Shown: positions 58,601 to 64,000 of the stretch, one piece after another
How the letters are laid out: every line of letters begins with the position of its first letter
Numbering within the stretch: the stretch's first letter is position 1
Virus record (IMG/VR): IMGVR_UViG_3300020183_000058
Length of the DNA stretch: 64,000 bases
Source: an uncultured virus (IMG/VR IMGVR_UViG_3300020183_000058)
Taxonomy: Duplodnaviria > Heunggongvirae > Uroviricota > Caudoviricetes > Kyanoviridae
Direction: 5' to 3' (one strand)
The notes under the pieces: generated by a model
The model's input: only the letters and a program-made list of their open reading frames with translations
Databases searched by the model: none
What the model was told of the DNA's origin: nothing
Translations under genes and position numbers: made by a program

Positions 58601-61600
58601 TTGTATCTTACAGAAGTTGTATTTGCTACTAATGGGAATCTATAAAGTTTTCTCTGATTTCCTGGAATGAGTGCGGAGTTTACAAATGGTCCAATTTTAT
58701 AGTTAGGAATTCCAGTTGCTGCTACATATACATATTCATTATTAAAGAAAGTATTTTGTATATTACTTGTAAAATTAGTAACTAAGTTATTAACTTGAAT
58801 ATCATCACTCTTTCCTTTATTTAAGTCAACTGAAATTAAAATATTTCCTTGAGGTGATAACTCAGCAGGTTGAGGTAATTCATACGAAAAAACAAAATTA
58901 CTAATACGTGCCGAAACTAAGAATGAACCATTATAAACAATTGGATTTGCACCATAAACAGTTACTTGGTCACCAACTAGAAGACCATGAGGATTTGTAC
59001 AGGTTACCGTTGCAGTTTTGTTGTTTAATCCCCCAGGAACAATCTGTTCAATTTTAACTAATTTCTTGACGTTAAATAACCAATTAGTTACTTTTTTATC
59101 TTCTGTAGATGCCCCCAACTTGGCAACATTTAATTTATCTCCAGGCAAATAATATGAACCAGAATTTGTTAATTCTGTAGTTGCTGCTTCTGCAATCCCC
59201 ACCACTTTCAATTTAACTTGATTTGGAGTTCCAGCATTTGCATATAGGAAAATATCAGAAGTGATGGATGTTCCAGCATCCCAATTAGAAGCTACATTGT
59301 TCTTAGAACGAGTACATTCTAAGAACTGATTTAGTGTCTTTTCTTTATATTGAATATATTCCTGAACATCATTTTCTGTGCCTACAATAATGATGCCATT
59401 TCTCTCTGGCCATCCAAGAGTGGAGTCAACAGTTAATATGTTAGTATCTTCATCAACACCTTCTACTAACTTTGTTTTGTATGGGATAATAAAATCACCT
59501 ACTTTAGTTTCTTCTGAAATTGCAATTTCGTAAATTTGATTTTCACCAACAAAAATTGAAATTACATTTTCAACAAGAGCAGATGCATATTTTACATGAC
59601 TATCTACATCATCTTCATACTGCGTGATAATAGTATTGATTAAATTCCCAGGATCCCCATCAATTAATTTAACACGTAAAACGGTATCTACAGACCATGT
59701 AGCTGCTGATGGCTTGAATAATTCTTCTTTGGGATAACTTACTGAAATATTCTCACCAAATATTACCTTGAAGAGATATTCTAAAGCATTTTTAGTTCCC
59801 TTTGACAGATAGAAATCTTTTATTGATTTAATAATCTGAGCAGAATTTACTTTAGTATAATCAATATTAAAAGATGGCAAATATTGATCTACAAATCTTT
59901 TAAAAATTTGAAGTAAAAATAATGAATCTAAATTTTTAACTATGGCACCCTGTCCATGTTGTCTTGGACGAGATGCTAATTCATTTCTAAATACCTGCTC
60001 TCCATTATCATCATAATTAACTACATTACTTACACCCCTACTAACATCAACAAATGCTGAGGGGGTGTATTCGGATCCTTCCGTAAGAATTGTAAATCCA
60101 GTAACTTCACCAACTCCAACATTTGTGGATGCTTTTGCTTCTGGTGGTGGGGAAATGAATACGGTTGGTGGTTCTGATGAAGAATATCCACTACCAAATG
60201 CTGTAATATTAATATCTGTAATTGTACCATTAAAAATTGTTGCAGCTGCTTTGGCTCCTGTTCCACCGAAAGCAAATCCATTAATATCTTTTCTATTATC
60301 GACAATGTATACTGATGGTGGATCAATATATCCAGTTCCACCACTAAGAATTTCAATATTAGTAACACTACCATTATTTACAATTACATCTAAAATTTGT
60401 GCTCCGACAGGATCAATAATTCTAACTCTAGGCTCAAAAGTATATCCGTTTCCTCTAGAAATAACTTGGAAACCACTTACTTGATCGTCAGTTAATACTG
60501 CTCTTATAATTGCTTGATTACTACCTGGCGTTGTTGGTGGATCAACATAAATTATTGGTGGATTTTTGTATCCATTTCCACCCTTAAGAATCGATAGACT
60601 TCCTCCAAGAATTTTTCCCTGTCCATCAATTGCTGCTTTACTTGTAATTTTTGCACCACCAGGATTTGTAAATTTAACTTTTGGTGGAGTAAGATAACCA
60701 GAACCACTATTTAATAGTTTAACCTTGGATACAGATCCAGTCTGATCATCTATAACAACTTCTGCTACAGGTCTAGTTCCGTTCTCGGGTGGATCATCAA
60801 AACTAATTAAAGGTGGATTTAAAGATGTGTAACCTGTTCCACCATACAATAGATTAAAGGTTTTTACACCATCAATCAACGCAACCGCAGTTGCATCTTT
60901 TCCAACTTTTGCATCTATAGTAACTTTTGGAACAAAATTAGTAGAATATCCAGATCCACCATCAATGACGATAATAGATGTAACTTTACTATTTTCAACC
61001 TTAGATATGATTTGTGCTCCTTTACCACTATCTTTAGCAGTATACTCAATAGATCTTATGAAGAGTTTTGAACCTGGTGATGGAGTATCTGTTAGTAAAA
61101 TTTCATTTTTTGATGTAAATACATAATCCTCATATGGAGTCAATAGCACTTTATCCAATGTAACTATTGATAGGATCTCTGATCTTGAAATATATGGTTG
61201 CTGATTTGTTAATAAACGATATTTCTTGGTATTTTCTAAGGTAGTAATTTCATCGAGTGGTTTAACAGCATTCTGTGCAAATCCAAGAAGATATTTGATG
61301 TAAGTTCCACCATCTCCATCAGCAGAGGTTTTTGGTCTAGGTGGAGTAGTAAATATAATATTTGTTCCTGAAATATTATAATCAATATCAGGTTTTAAAA
61401 TTTTTCCATATAGTGAGACAATTAAATGCTCTTTATCAATAGGACTAACTGGTTGTCCAGCAACACGTAACGCATACGTGTTTCTCATAATTGGTGGTGT
61501 ACCAGTTGGAACTAACTGTGGTAATAATGATTCTAATACTTGGTATCTTGAATCAAATTCAACAAGACTAATCCCAGGAGTTAAAACTACATTGGGGGAC

Positions 61601-61923
61601 TTTGTTATACCCTCATAGTAAAATACTTCGTTATCAATTAAGAACGAACCATCTTTCTCTACAAAACCAGTAACATCTTCAACAAAGACAGTGGAGTCTT
61701 TATATCCAACATCATCTAACAGAATTGTAGAACCTGTTAGTGAAATAGGATTATAAGTGTTAACATTTAGATATTCACCCAAATTGTTAACAATGTCGTA
61801 TGGACGACCTGTTTTCTCTTGTGATTTATAATATTCTTGAAGCAAGGTATAGAAAATTTCATTCTCTTCTTGAATAAAAAGAGGTTGTTGATCTTTAACC
61901 CTATCGGATACCTTAATATTCAT
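43675..61923 (-). CDS. giant baseplate wedge protein (gp7-like, 6082 aa) with YHYH-like, beta-propeller-like, two LamG-like and seven phycobiliprotein-like domains
   Basis: Follows g6; gp7-type motifs IKSIKDFYLSKGT and IQDSYFYQDFAYVV...HPAGFNIFG; many GGSGY..P..GGGG repeats. Confidence 0.88.
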   Translation of the reverse strand: MNIKVSDRVKDQQPLFIQEENEIFYTLLQEYYKSQEKTGRPYDIVNNLGEYLNVNTYNPISLTGSTILLDDVGYKDSTVFVEDVTGFVEKDGSFLIDNEVFYYEGITKSPNVVLTPGISLVEFDSRYQVLESLLPQLVPTGTPPIMRNTYALRVAGQPVSPIDKEHLIVSLYGKILKPDIDYNISGTNIIFTTPPRPKTSADGDGGTYIKYLLGFAQNAVKPLDEITTLENTKKYRLLTNQQPYISRSEILSIVTLDKVLLTPYEDYVFTSKNEILLTDTPSPGSKLFIRSIEYTAKDSGKGAQIISKVENSKVTSIIVIDGGSGYSTNFVPKVTIDAKVGKDATAVALIDGVKTFNLLYGGTGYTSLNPPLISFDDPPENGTRPVAEVVIDDQTGSVSKVKLLNSGSGYLTPPKVKFTNPGGAKITSKAAIDGQGKILGGSLSILKGGNGYKNPPIIYVDPPTTPGSNQAIIRAVLTDDQVSGFQVISRGNGYTFEPRVRIIDPVGAQILDVIVNNGSVTNIEILSGGTGYIDPPSVYIVDNRKDINGFAFGGTGAKAAATIFNGTITDINITAFGSGYSSSEPPTVFISPPPEAKASTNVGVGEVTGFTILTEGSEYTPSAFVDVSRGVSNVVNYDDNGEQVFRNELASRPRQHGQGAIVKNLDSLFLLQIFKRFVDQYLPSFNIDYTKVNSAQIIKSIKDFYLSKGTKNALEYLFKVIFGENISVSYPKEELFKPSAATWSVDTVLRVKLIDGDPGNLINTIITQYEDDVDSHVKYASALVENVISIFVGENQIYEIAISEETKVGDFIIPYKTKLVEGVDEDTNILTVDSTLGWPERNGIIIVGTENDVQEYIQYKEKTLNQFLECTRSKNNVASNWDAGTSITSDIFLYANAGTPNQVKLKVVGIAEAATTELTNSGSYYLPGDKLNVAKLGASTEDKKVTNWLFNVKKLVKIEQIVPGGLNNKTATVTCTNPHGLLVGDQVTVYGANPIVYNGSFLVSARISNFVFSYELPQPAELSPQGNILISVDLNKGKSDDIQVNNLVTNFTSNIQNTFFNNEYVYVAATGIPNYKIGPFVNSALIPGNQRKLYRFPLVANTTSVRYNIQPGAIATWVNGVTAWSYKSQESVVYGGITNVDIIVPGEGYDASSPPALTFVGGGGTGASAEVVVNGAISAFDVTSGGEAYKTEPLVSIVGGGGAGATAKAIVTNGVVTQILVETPGEGYTSEPLISISGGGGNGATATAQVRGPIKKVTVTKTGKDYTSVPAIVLSSGVKAEAQPIIINGRVVSIAVINSGEGYTTAPNVYINGDGFGAKAKAIIGTIGEDKGKVIGVVIINRGVGYTQGRTSIRLESIGQGAVFKTNVFQWVYDLEYQLKTKLDSARGYVFAGYNTQYGGEYAHISNPQTLRYVLGDNVFKNSQQVIKEKEGTFSHSPILGWAFDGNPIYGPYGFTDPTDSSKGVRRLVTSYKLKANIIYNVDTNPIPKRIDGPPLSFHPAGSFIQDYEYGFGSGDLDEYNGRFCKTPEFPNGTYAYFVTIDASAEGNPVFPYILGPQYYSAVDKWNLSQTAVQFNIPRDVVRFRDPYEDVDIDTDRQPNQRTDTITTENGETIIFEIQDSNNDGLIVPDEEDEILELTEEQSLELFDYFPSVDIESKVDIEVDTITKFESAQIDGFVIENPGVSYKVNDKVTFDNEGTDGFGASAKVESVKGPKILNYTTTFDDVNTIATITTEDDHGLAIGDIVIVDTEAALDTNFKSFKVKTVSGLEQVAVIQEGIGYNNDIPAEYELITSDGQDALLDISLESQGRISKVNIINSGNSYDVDNPPQIRVTHPQIFKKANYFATEFDGAGGYIEWQDSKIAEDRSIYSCGRFIRDNGDSIAVLAKFNNDGRLVWKRTLTPSAPTAGVKFAVWNRLVVVDTNPHTIYVVGNTIQNTVNLTYNPDVLVAKYISGFNSNNQPDGIIQWQKELAGISGNTRRDYATAIDWSDELDALIIGGYTDTNSESGNDMWFVLMSELSDIVEKRKLTTDSEEEVLTDIYAHDGYVYWTGIIGGEDIIYGRLSYDNIDLIHDWGRRIQNPTNYKFTNPKIKIDDYEGMYLYATEINVATSEPEKVTLFRIDLEQYDKPVWAKRISPAATTFTRLKGVGHTVDVFNNVTLGISVETSTGSFVDLVKFKHNGTILNDSRINVNGAWKGYSICSDSSADVVVFGVTTSDIVTPTFVGNAAISTAQYQFGGSSVSFDGNGDYVTIESNAGYGFETGDFTIEFWARLNNLSNTRVLWDQRTSGSDVAPYIDVTAAGVVRYITGSGINLLSVTTVVTNTWYHIAVSRSGGTTRLFVNGVLQPTSAVDTVNYPARGIKLGGDIVGNSPYDLNGFIDEVRVTKGLARYTTTFTVPTASFDKDARTSLLLHFNVGKTYDISSLIKFDNNHTKLGSYAVTSLNTISSVLITNVTYSIDEDLVATVGPFSPGSAGYQLLDFSDAVSLHLPGNYTFTSGTETWASRTATIPTPAGKTLKISANVIDKYYLKDSSVTKVDIVKKITFNQPSRFKVGSQLEWYTVQGTGQNAQNVVSAYGKIIEAGDDYVTIGKIFGTLNTTSRIKDSVDTINEFEYTFLEVPFTTNIGTFTIPLSNYTSDLVAGTKEFKAYSADDYVLKIVDVIAGSNFLPGDIVPIGFNGVNISFNAAHTVATLTGLTAVTKITLKSNLRKIVKSVSNTNTGDLYVVASRAHNYLAKDIIFVEGFLYNVFNGSFFVNRVINTREFTFALRSVTQLDPITSTSITAVNIYAKHPSLVFVKGHQYIFDVGDSSNAGYYLSFSKDNQYKLEYSFNNITRSGNPGLDPPGVIPYVRFKTIGDVTNISYYFDPARTGADSPVGVNSYIDVVETPYKGKFRITATPTSKTFKFQLEREPEGPVILDSTSYSTTSIKAAGPINSIKLVNKGGFYKKLPIVTNIASDRQIDRIDITNGGTEYALGVYKDVPISGDGEGGKVNITVELGGDPVSGTITDVDLIDPGKGYTTGFIQIDAVPGILGPSLAGSGGILDVVIPPQGNGASVFLQGTQVGKIKRLKNNNFGFDYPHDYTLQPEITFPTILQLFNTSVLTEIKVTNPGSGYTTAPAVIIEGGGGTGAIAVATVKNNRLQEIFVKDPGSGYSSEPKVVLKSEFVYVVNVDLGYFQFNFPHGIGTGAEVSLRADDIGSTIGQLPQPSSAGLTSLVEGQIYFAIAGSINGLEDNQLRIALTAQDALNGQFITFLNNGSGKQILLTEVFGGKAEAIVETSRFLQGEKVFQGNNLDDPSAVGYVSTNNGWQIGPRLLKVVDYTGDWKVGEKVTGIISKASGTIDNINTAVGTLNIGSLTQTTGKFIDNVGKPSEIVQKIQDSYFYQDFAYVVNSEIPINTWRDTVRKINHPAGFNIFGQLNLTGGKDLSGRKVATDFTKRVDISEFTNFAEIINFAAAQPIYSEFNNSDVIFRNKRLTSSEEILTSVVKKIDDISSLFDGEKTAFPLKINGDQAIASTGQSMILINGIVQAPVQSYTIANGNIQFTEPPKPPASVVYREIEFEPVQVKRIAISNISGILPEINQQIRGITTNATAVVVSSTTSYLDVINVVGSFQVNETIVASATGLNATLVSVSTVIQDTIFEFGEQITNLNKKIAIVEEINLATYFPEFPTQISAWNNLTAQSGNRFQDAANLIEGNRTYIIEQAFNDLQTQYPVFSVPGGAGGPDKCRRDIGYVVDATRLDLKGAGNSNIIETTKKYFNNGAPLVNGLLGEEEQAIYAFNRAVYYMQQAVNNQLPFKDVDIYADKVSATNGGANPNTNTNLNPNNCADVRSAIATIVGILTNALSSGSIASLPFSNPGVWNIGSQTNRLIISKTFGTSKYETGLFEIKLNDFFISAQTGIVAKVTKIGPYRDPQTNQVVSSLTINTGSSFFGLIFERLPLPQNPNTITDDVSKTIIGAAKVDNYTQFVNQNFPLSEFAQNINLVYDNSSGTWSEGDYIRNVEISYANANVPDFHRGLDAKKLIQLNRTAIINQVIDDIEAEYPDFDFPNNSTAKCERDLGYIIDAVCNDLASAGNANIVTNTKKYFSSDTQLLSYGLDGEVIQSVFGFNKARDYMKLAVVNGLTIPGAQQDLSIIFDPSPTSGTPGNTNPGSCANIRSNIDTLVAILTTALNDGNLNSLNSITITDGAFTTGETIRSRKIVYKNKTAGTFFPEFTLTGLTSGTQAEIIGVNTANAYLYVKPPTGVFTANERLANWKITNTGTPKVRLTPTPNFRFVDAANRISANTELIKEEIIGYIARKYPDFYYPKSPSNSYRYKDAANLIRGNLDYIVINAYNQLISQYPTFSVPGGPDKCKRDIRLIVLSIAQDLYDGGNKWTRQSTLYYFTNGAPINNGLVGEEAQAVAAFNAARDLCYSAITNALPYKDLTITADPTPGSGTSSNTNESSCVNVKNTISTLFTMLTTAITSGSIAGIPAENPGDFSPGETKCKRDIGKIVEAFVFDLLYGGNSSVITAGDYYVDGNGNIQFILGEEEQSRAAYKYGRDLMIAAMRNFTVTMPNTVRAASTTLTVTSTVGIVEGMDVTGTGFSSDTRVVSILSDTTLLLNQNPSTAGTGSAIFTLNFAKYTTIAPNKDTTITVDTSTPQCADIASAIDTLWLTLDTIIATKIVPNKILPTYSNKFGISSAAFGVSNTGTNNIKIDNPEKLGLGTNNWTMEMWIYKTVNATSQYLLDMRSSNPGAQVVPTLYINTLNQVVYYTNGANRIISNETIPVNTWTHIAVVKGNLTTKMYINGVLQTQTFADDLNYVGQTLRIGSTYQDGTGFRGLIDELRISAINRYTANFTPQVEAHEGDSGDILLFHFDGPSGVTDIYPESYVEATYDALRTSVSVIGQIDPLSKKLVVEVIDSAREEYRQAADYVRKNKQFIVDEMMGYLKAKYPLLVMPGDEAGGYEGTDTCARDAGLIVDGIVNDLNLGGNYQTVYTAKAYLEKSGGVKFIGNELLQSVYAYQKIGEIINGILTNTITTLYSDIIIIPVVSTYSANVTNEVTYLCDVIADILAPTGDRFRDAADLLYFNRQYIAEEVVEGIEAYFKWTYVPTGVVYDLFTNPNTQKCIRDLRDHLIPAMMTDLITGGNNATLDAFNTYLDTNTNILFVEDELLAMHKSLELAKPIAQKAVNNLLYAKNSTNTPSGAYVALYTNVQPYRNLSITGDPVNQNPNGCANVTSAISTLFDLLLGIISEESAQYSSQNRRNAAKLLLFNRSYIANEAYNDTKQAYPLYPGTVSFGFDIIADMLYDLVTNGNAKSYARCLSWLDAFYNFIAFSGYNPVHLKFHLDRIKFWANKAVTQTLNPLGPTTNQPRYSEQALAVGDTSTYIDTLIAIYKLVINTPANITSITRDAGVEVPSKTYATRTIPIPYSISFEPSAFIYGETSTSVAEISALQYNKYQIRKLYNRYTITLGGGQNPPKFVTGETVEDALNNTAIVYQTNGSTYLDLISISPGIQVGDVLTGNTSGATGTITTVSNKMMLKPMMGTFSTGSPIYSENSAAFAKINQWNYNSGAILGNTSGTLTLDTETLQGGFSYSEFVYASESEVLLSCFDAVGFNAPIIGEYLRGSTVTQLVLNLSTVTTGGNPSDTFLQGDKLDVIVNNLPTGQYATVISYDSVTGTMFIGNKTSNFDNDVNTGSSVVGVFQPGTLQPKIFGQVLTVNTTTSSPSGKITRIEQSGGNFKLWLTEVSGTFLSNQQLLLNGGLKLININPTEVVARVNRYARGFDGSTVSFKLTYNNGTPYFPDSDGHLLVFVNGILQPPGADYAYTIFADNIQFTEAPPAGSTFNAYYIGKLRLLDDISFDFDSLRSSFNLKFNGVFYSLTITQGVQSNIILPENNIIVAINGVLQEPGVGFKLIGSRITFSEIPRAGSSFVAFSYIGSDADVVAATVVPPIEIGDEIFIDGEDSNRTVAVIESSNSLVTFEYSGSVKGRNGKATAVITPGRIDTALVTAPGSGYITRPTVNVLSPTGFDGQILARVGVYQVVVANSGSGYVYPEVLVDNLVPDLPTGFNPTLDSTSATIDNTQLTLDQT
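45758..50862 (-). repeat. seven ~150-aa helical repeats (DAA.LI..N...YP...KCxRD...DL..GN...C..V.S.I.TL)
   Basis: Repeats begin at about aa 3688, 4018, 4277, 4318, 4914, 5066 and 5250 of the 6082-aa protein. Confidence 0.92.
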
Positions 61924-61943
61924 GTCTTACCTAAATTATGTTG

Positions 61944-64000
61944 CTAGAAACAAGATGTAACTGATGGATCATCAATATCGGGGAATGATGTAAAGATTGC
62001 TCCAATATTTAGATCATTGATTGATCCAAGGACATTAGGATCTAATGTAAATGGATCGAAAGTTCCAGCTCCCTGAGTTACTGTTGCTACATCCTGAGGA
62101 ATAATCACAGGAATTGATATATCTAGTAACGTTCCAGGTGGAGGTGTAATAATAGGAGAAGCAGGAAGTGCTGTAGTATTTATAGTGCCTAGAACACCTG
62201 TTCCTGTTGGTGATGCGGTGCCTATACCAGAAATACCAAGAACTTTTATAGGTCCAAAACAAACAATTCCTTTTTTATAATCAACAGTACCAATTTTATT
62301 TTTTAGAATAATAGTTTTTGAGTTAAGAGTTGTAATTAACTGTACAGTTCCTTTGCCATCATCTCTCATTCTGACAGGAACAAAAACTGTTTCACTGTTT
62401 CCAACAAAAATACCAGCATCTAATTGATCAGAATAATTTAGATTAATTAATTGTTCAGTAATGCCATCTACGAAAAATTCATTTGTGATCATAGCATTAA
62501 ATAATGCTTTACATGATACACCATCATTTCCGTTACCAACAAAATCACTAGGATTTACAAGACTTTGACCAAAATTTAAACAAGTTGAGTTGTTCTCACC
62601 AAATTCTGGAGCAAATTTCTTGGTTACTGTTACTTGAGTTATATTTCCTTTTACCGATGGATCTGCAGCATCAATAAGACAATTCAGTTTAGAATAATCA
62701 ATTCTGTTTCCAAATTTATTTAAGTTAGACTGACCATTAAATTCACCAATAATACCTTGCACTTTACCTACCAAGTCGGTATTACTTATTGATGTTAGAT
62801 TAGGATCATAGTAAACATATGATTTAAGATTCATTGTCATTTCATCAGCACCAACAATGACAGGTTCAATAGAAGCCATGGCATATTCTTTTAAGTCTTT
62901 AACAATAGACTTTCTTGTTGCTTCATTTAATTGAGTTCCAGATTTTGTTTTAATTGCAATGTATACTTTACCATAAATTGGAGGTGTTAAAGTTTCTCCT
63001 CCATATGCTTTAACTGCGACTGCATTGGGGTATACCATTTGAGTAATGGTCTCGTAATCTTGCTCTGTAACTGCTCTATACTGTGCCGTATAGAGTCTAG
63101 GAGCACGGTATTTGATAGTTGTGATGTCTTCTGCCATTACACCATCCTGAGACCCCTGTATGGTGTTAATTCTGACCACTGCTGGGTCAATAGCCCTACC
63201 TAAATTATCAACAAATTCACCAATAGAATAAAACAACTTACAACCGTTGCCATCTGCACCTTTGGTACGAAGATATGAAAGAATAATATATTCTCCATCA
63301 ATTAATTTTCTACCAATAGTTCCATCTCCAAAAGTTACTTTATATTTTGTATCTTCAATTTCTTCTATAAAGTAAACTCTGGAGGTAGAATCTAAAGTAG
63401 TAATATTTCTTACGGGAGTGTAAGTATCAATTTCTTGAGACTGCTCAGAAGGACGAATATAAACTTCCAGTAGTGTAGTATCAACGTCAGCATTCGGAAT
63501 AATATATTCTTGATTTACAGTATTATCTACAGTATAATTAAAATTTAATCTATTTCCTTGATATATGACTAATTTATCAAATGTTGCAACTCCTGTAATT
63601 GGATTAACATTTGCAAAAATATCTTTTAAAGTGGCAAATGTGAAAGAATCATCATCTGTAGAACTAACAAAATTATCTCCTGCTTTCAGTTTAATGTAAT
63701 TTGGATATATCCCTTCAGAAGTTAAACTAGATTGAATTTGAATTTTAATACATGCTTTTGCCGCTTTAAGTGATGCTGGAGTATAGTTGAGTAATTTTGC
63801 AACCTTTACAACATTTTCTCTAATTGTGGCACTTTCCAAAAAGTGCTCATTGACAATCATGTTAGCATTAAATGCTGTGTAATAAGTATTATATGCAAGA
63901 GTATCCAGCAAATAAGAAGAAGCTGATCCCTCAAAGTCATAATCTGTAAAATCTTTTCGTGTTCTTAGGTATGACTTAATCGATTCTCTTATTTGAAAGA
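61944..64000 (-). CDS. gp6: baseplate wedge subunit (gp6), 5' end outside the window
   Basis: FTDYDFEGS upstream in frame, LAYNTYY, FGDG, RAVTEQDY, YGKVYIAIK. Confidence 0.96.
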   Translation of the reverse strand, partial: FQIRESIKSYLRTRKDFTDYDFEGSASSYLLDTLAYNTYYTAFNANMIVNEHFLESATIRENVVKVAKLLNYTPASLKAAKACIKIQIQSSLTSEGIYPNYIKLKAGDNFVSSTDDDSFTFATLKDIFANVNPITGVATFDKLVIYQGNRLNFNYTVDNTVNQEYIIPNADVDTTLLEVYIRPSEQSQEIDTYTPVRNITTLDSTSRVYFIEEIEDTKYKVTFGDGTIGRKLIDGEYIILSYLRTKGADGNGCKLFYSIGEFVDNLGRAIDPAVVRINTIQGSQDGVMAEDITTIKYRAPRLYTAQYRAVTEQDYETITQMVYPNAVAVKAYGGETLTPPIYGKVYIAIKTKSGTQLNEATRKSIVKDLKEYAMASIEPVIVGADEMTMNLKSYVYYDPNLTSISNTDLVGKVQGIIGEFNGQSNLNKFGNRIDYSKLNCLIDAADPSVKGNITQVTVTKKFAPEFGENNSTCLNFGQSLVNPSDFVGNGNDGVSCKALFNAMITNEFFVDGITEQLINLNYSDQLDAGIFVGNSETVFVPVRMRDDGKGTVQLITTLNSKTIILKNKIGTVDYKKGIVCFGPIKVLGISGIGTASPTGTGVLGTINTTALPASPIITPPPGTLLDISIPVIIPQDVATVTQGAGTFDPFTLDPNVLGSINDLNIGAIFTSFPDIDDPSVTSCF

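Noticed and set aside
1..64000. Alternative genetic code or stop-codon readthrough
   Set aside because: Core genes are full length under the standard code, and TAA, TAG and TGA all end genes.
1..64000. Bilin synthesis or lyase genes (ho1, pcyA, pebS, cpeT) that would complete the proposed system
   Set aside because: None is recognisable in this window; they would have to lie elsewhere in the genome or be supplied by the host.

Overview
A 64 kb, AT-rich segment of a T4-like myovirus genome, most likely a cyanophage (inferred from the gp23/gp20/gp55 sequences, VrlC-like and giant baseplate proteins, and 2OG-Fe(II) oxygenases). All supported genes are on the minus strand. In transcription order: gp6 (partial), a 6082-aa gp7-like baseplate protein, a gp9/gp10-like protein coupled to an S8 protease, a second gp7-like protein, gp8, a VrlC-like protein, a 2OG oxygenase, a 1972-aa tail fibre, gp13-gp16, a block of small ORFs with a thermonuclease, gp17-gp23, gp3, uvsY, uvsW, gp55, gp47, gp46, a second 2OG oxygenase and tRNA-Ala(UGC). 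T4-type late promoters (NATAAATA) punctuate the cluster. The main observation is that the C-terminal extension of the giant baseplate protein carries seven helical repeats that resemble phycobiliprotein (phycocyanin/allophycocyanin) subunits. Six keep the C-x-R-D bilin-attachment motif. Five keep a second Cys that co-varies with an Asp, as at the beta-155 chromophore site, and one repeat is nested inside another. This suggests a possibly bilin-pigmented virion protein. Also notable are a palindromic divergent sigma70 promoter pair at gp55, an intact subtilisin in the baseplate cluster, and a gene whose stop codon lies inside the tRNA. All family assignments are by eye and from recalled motifs; no searches were run.
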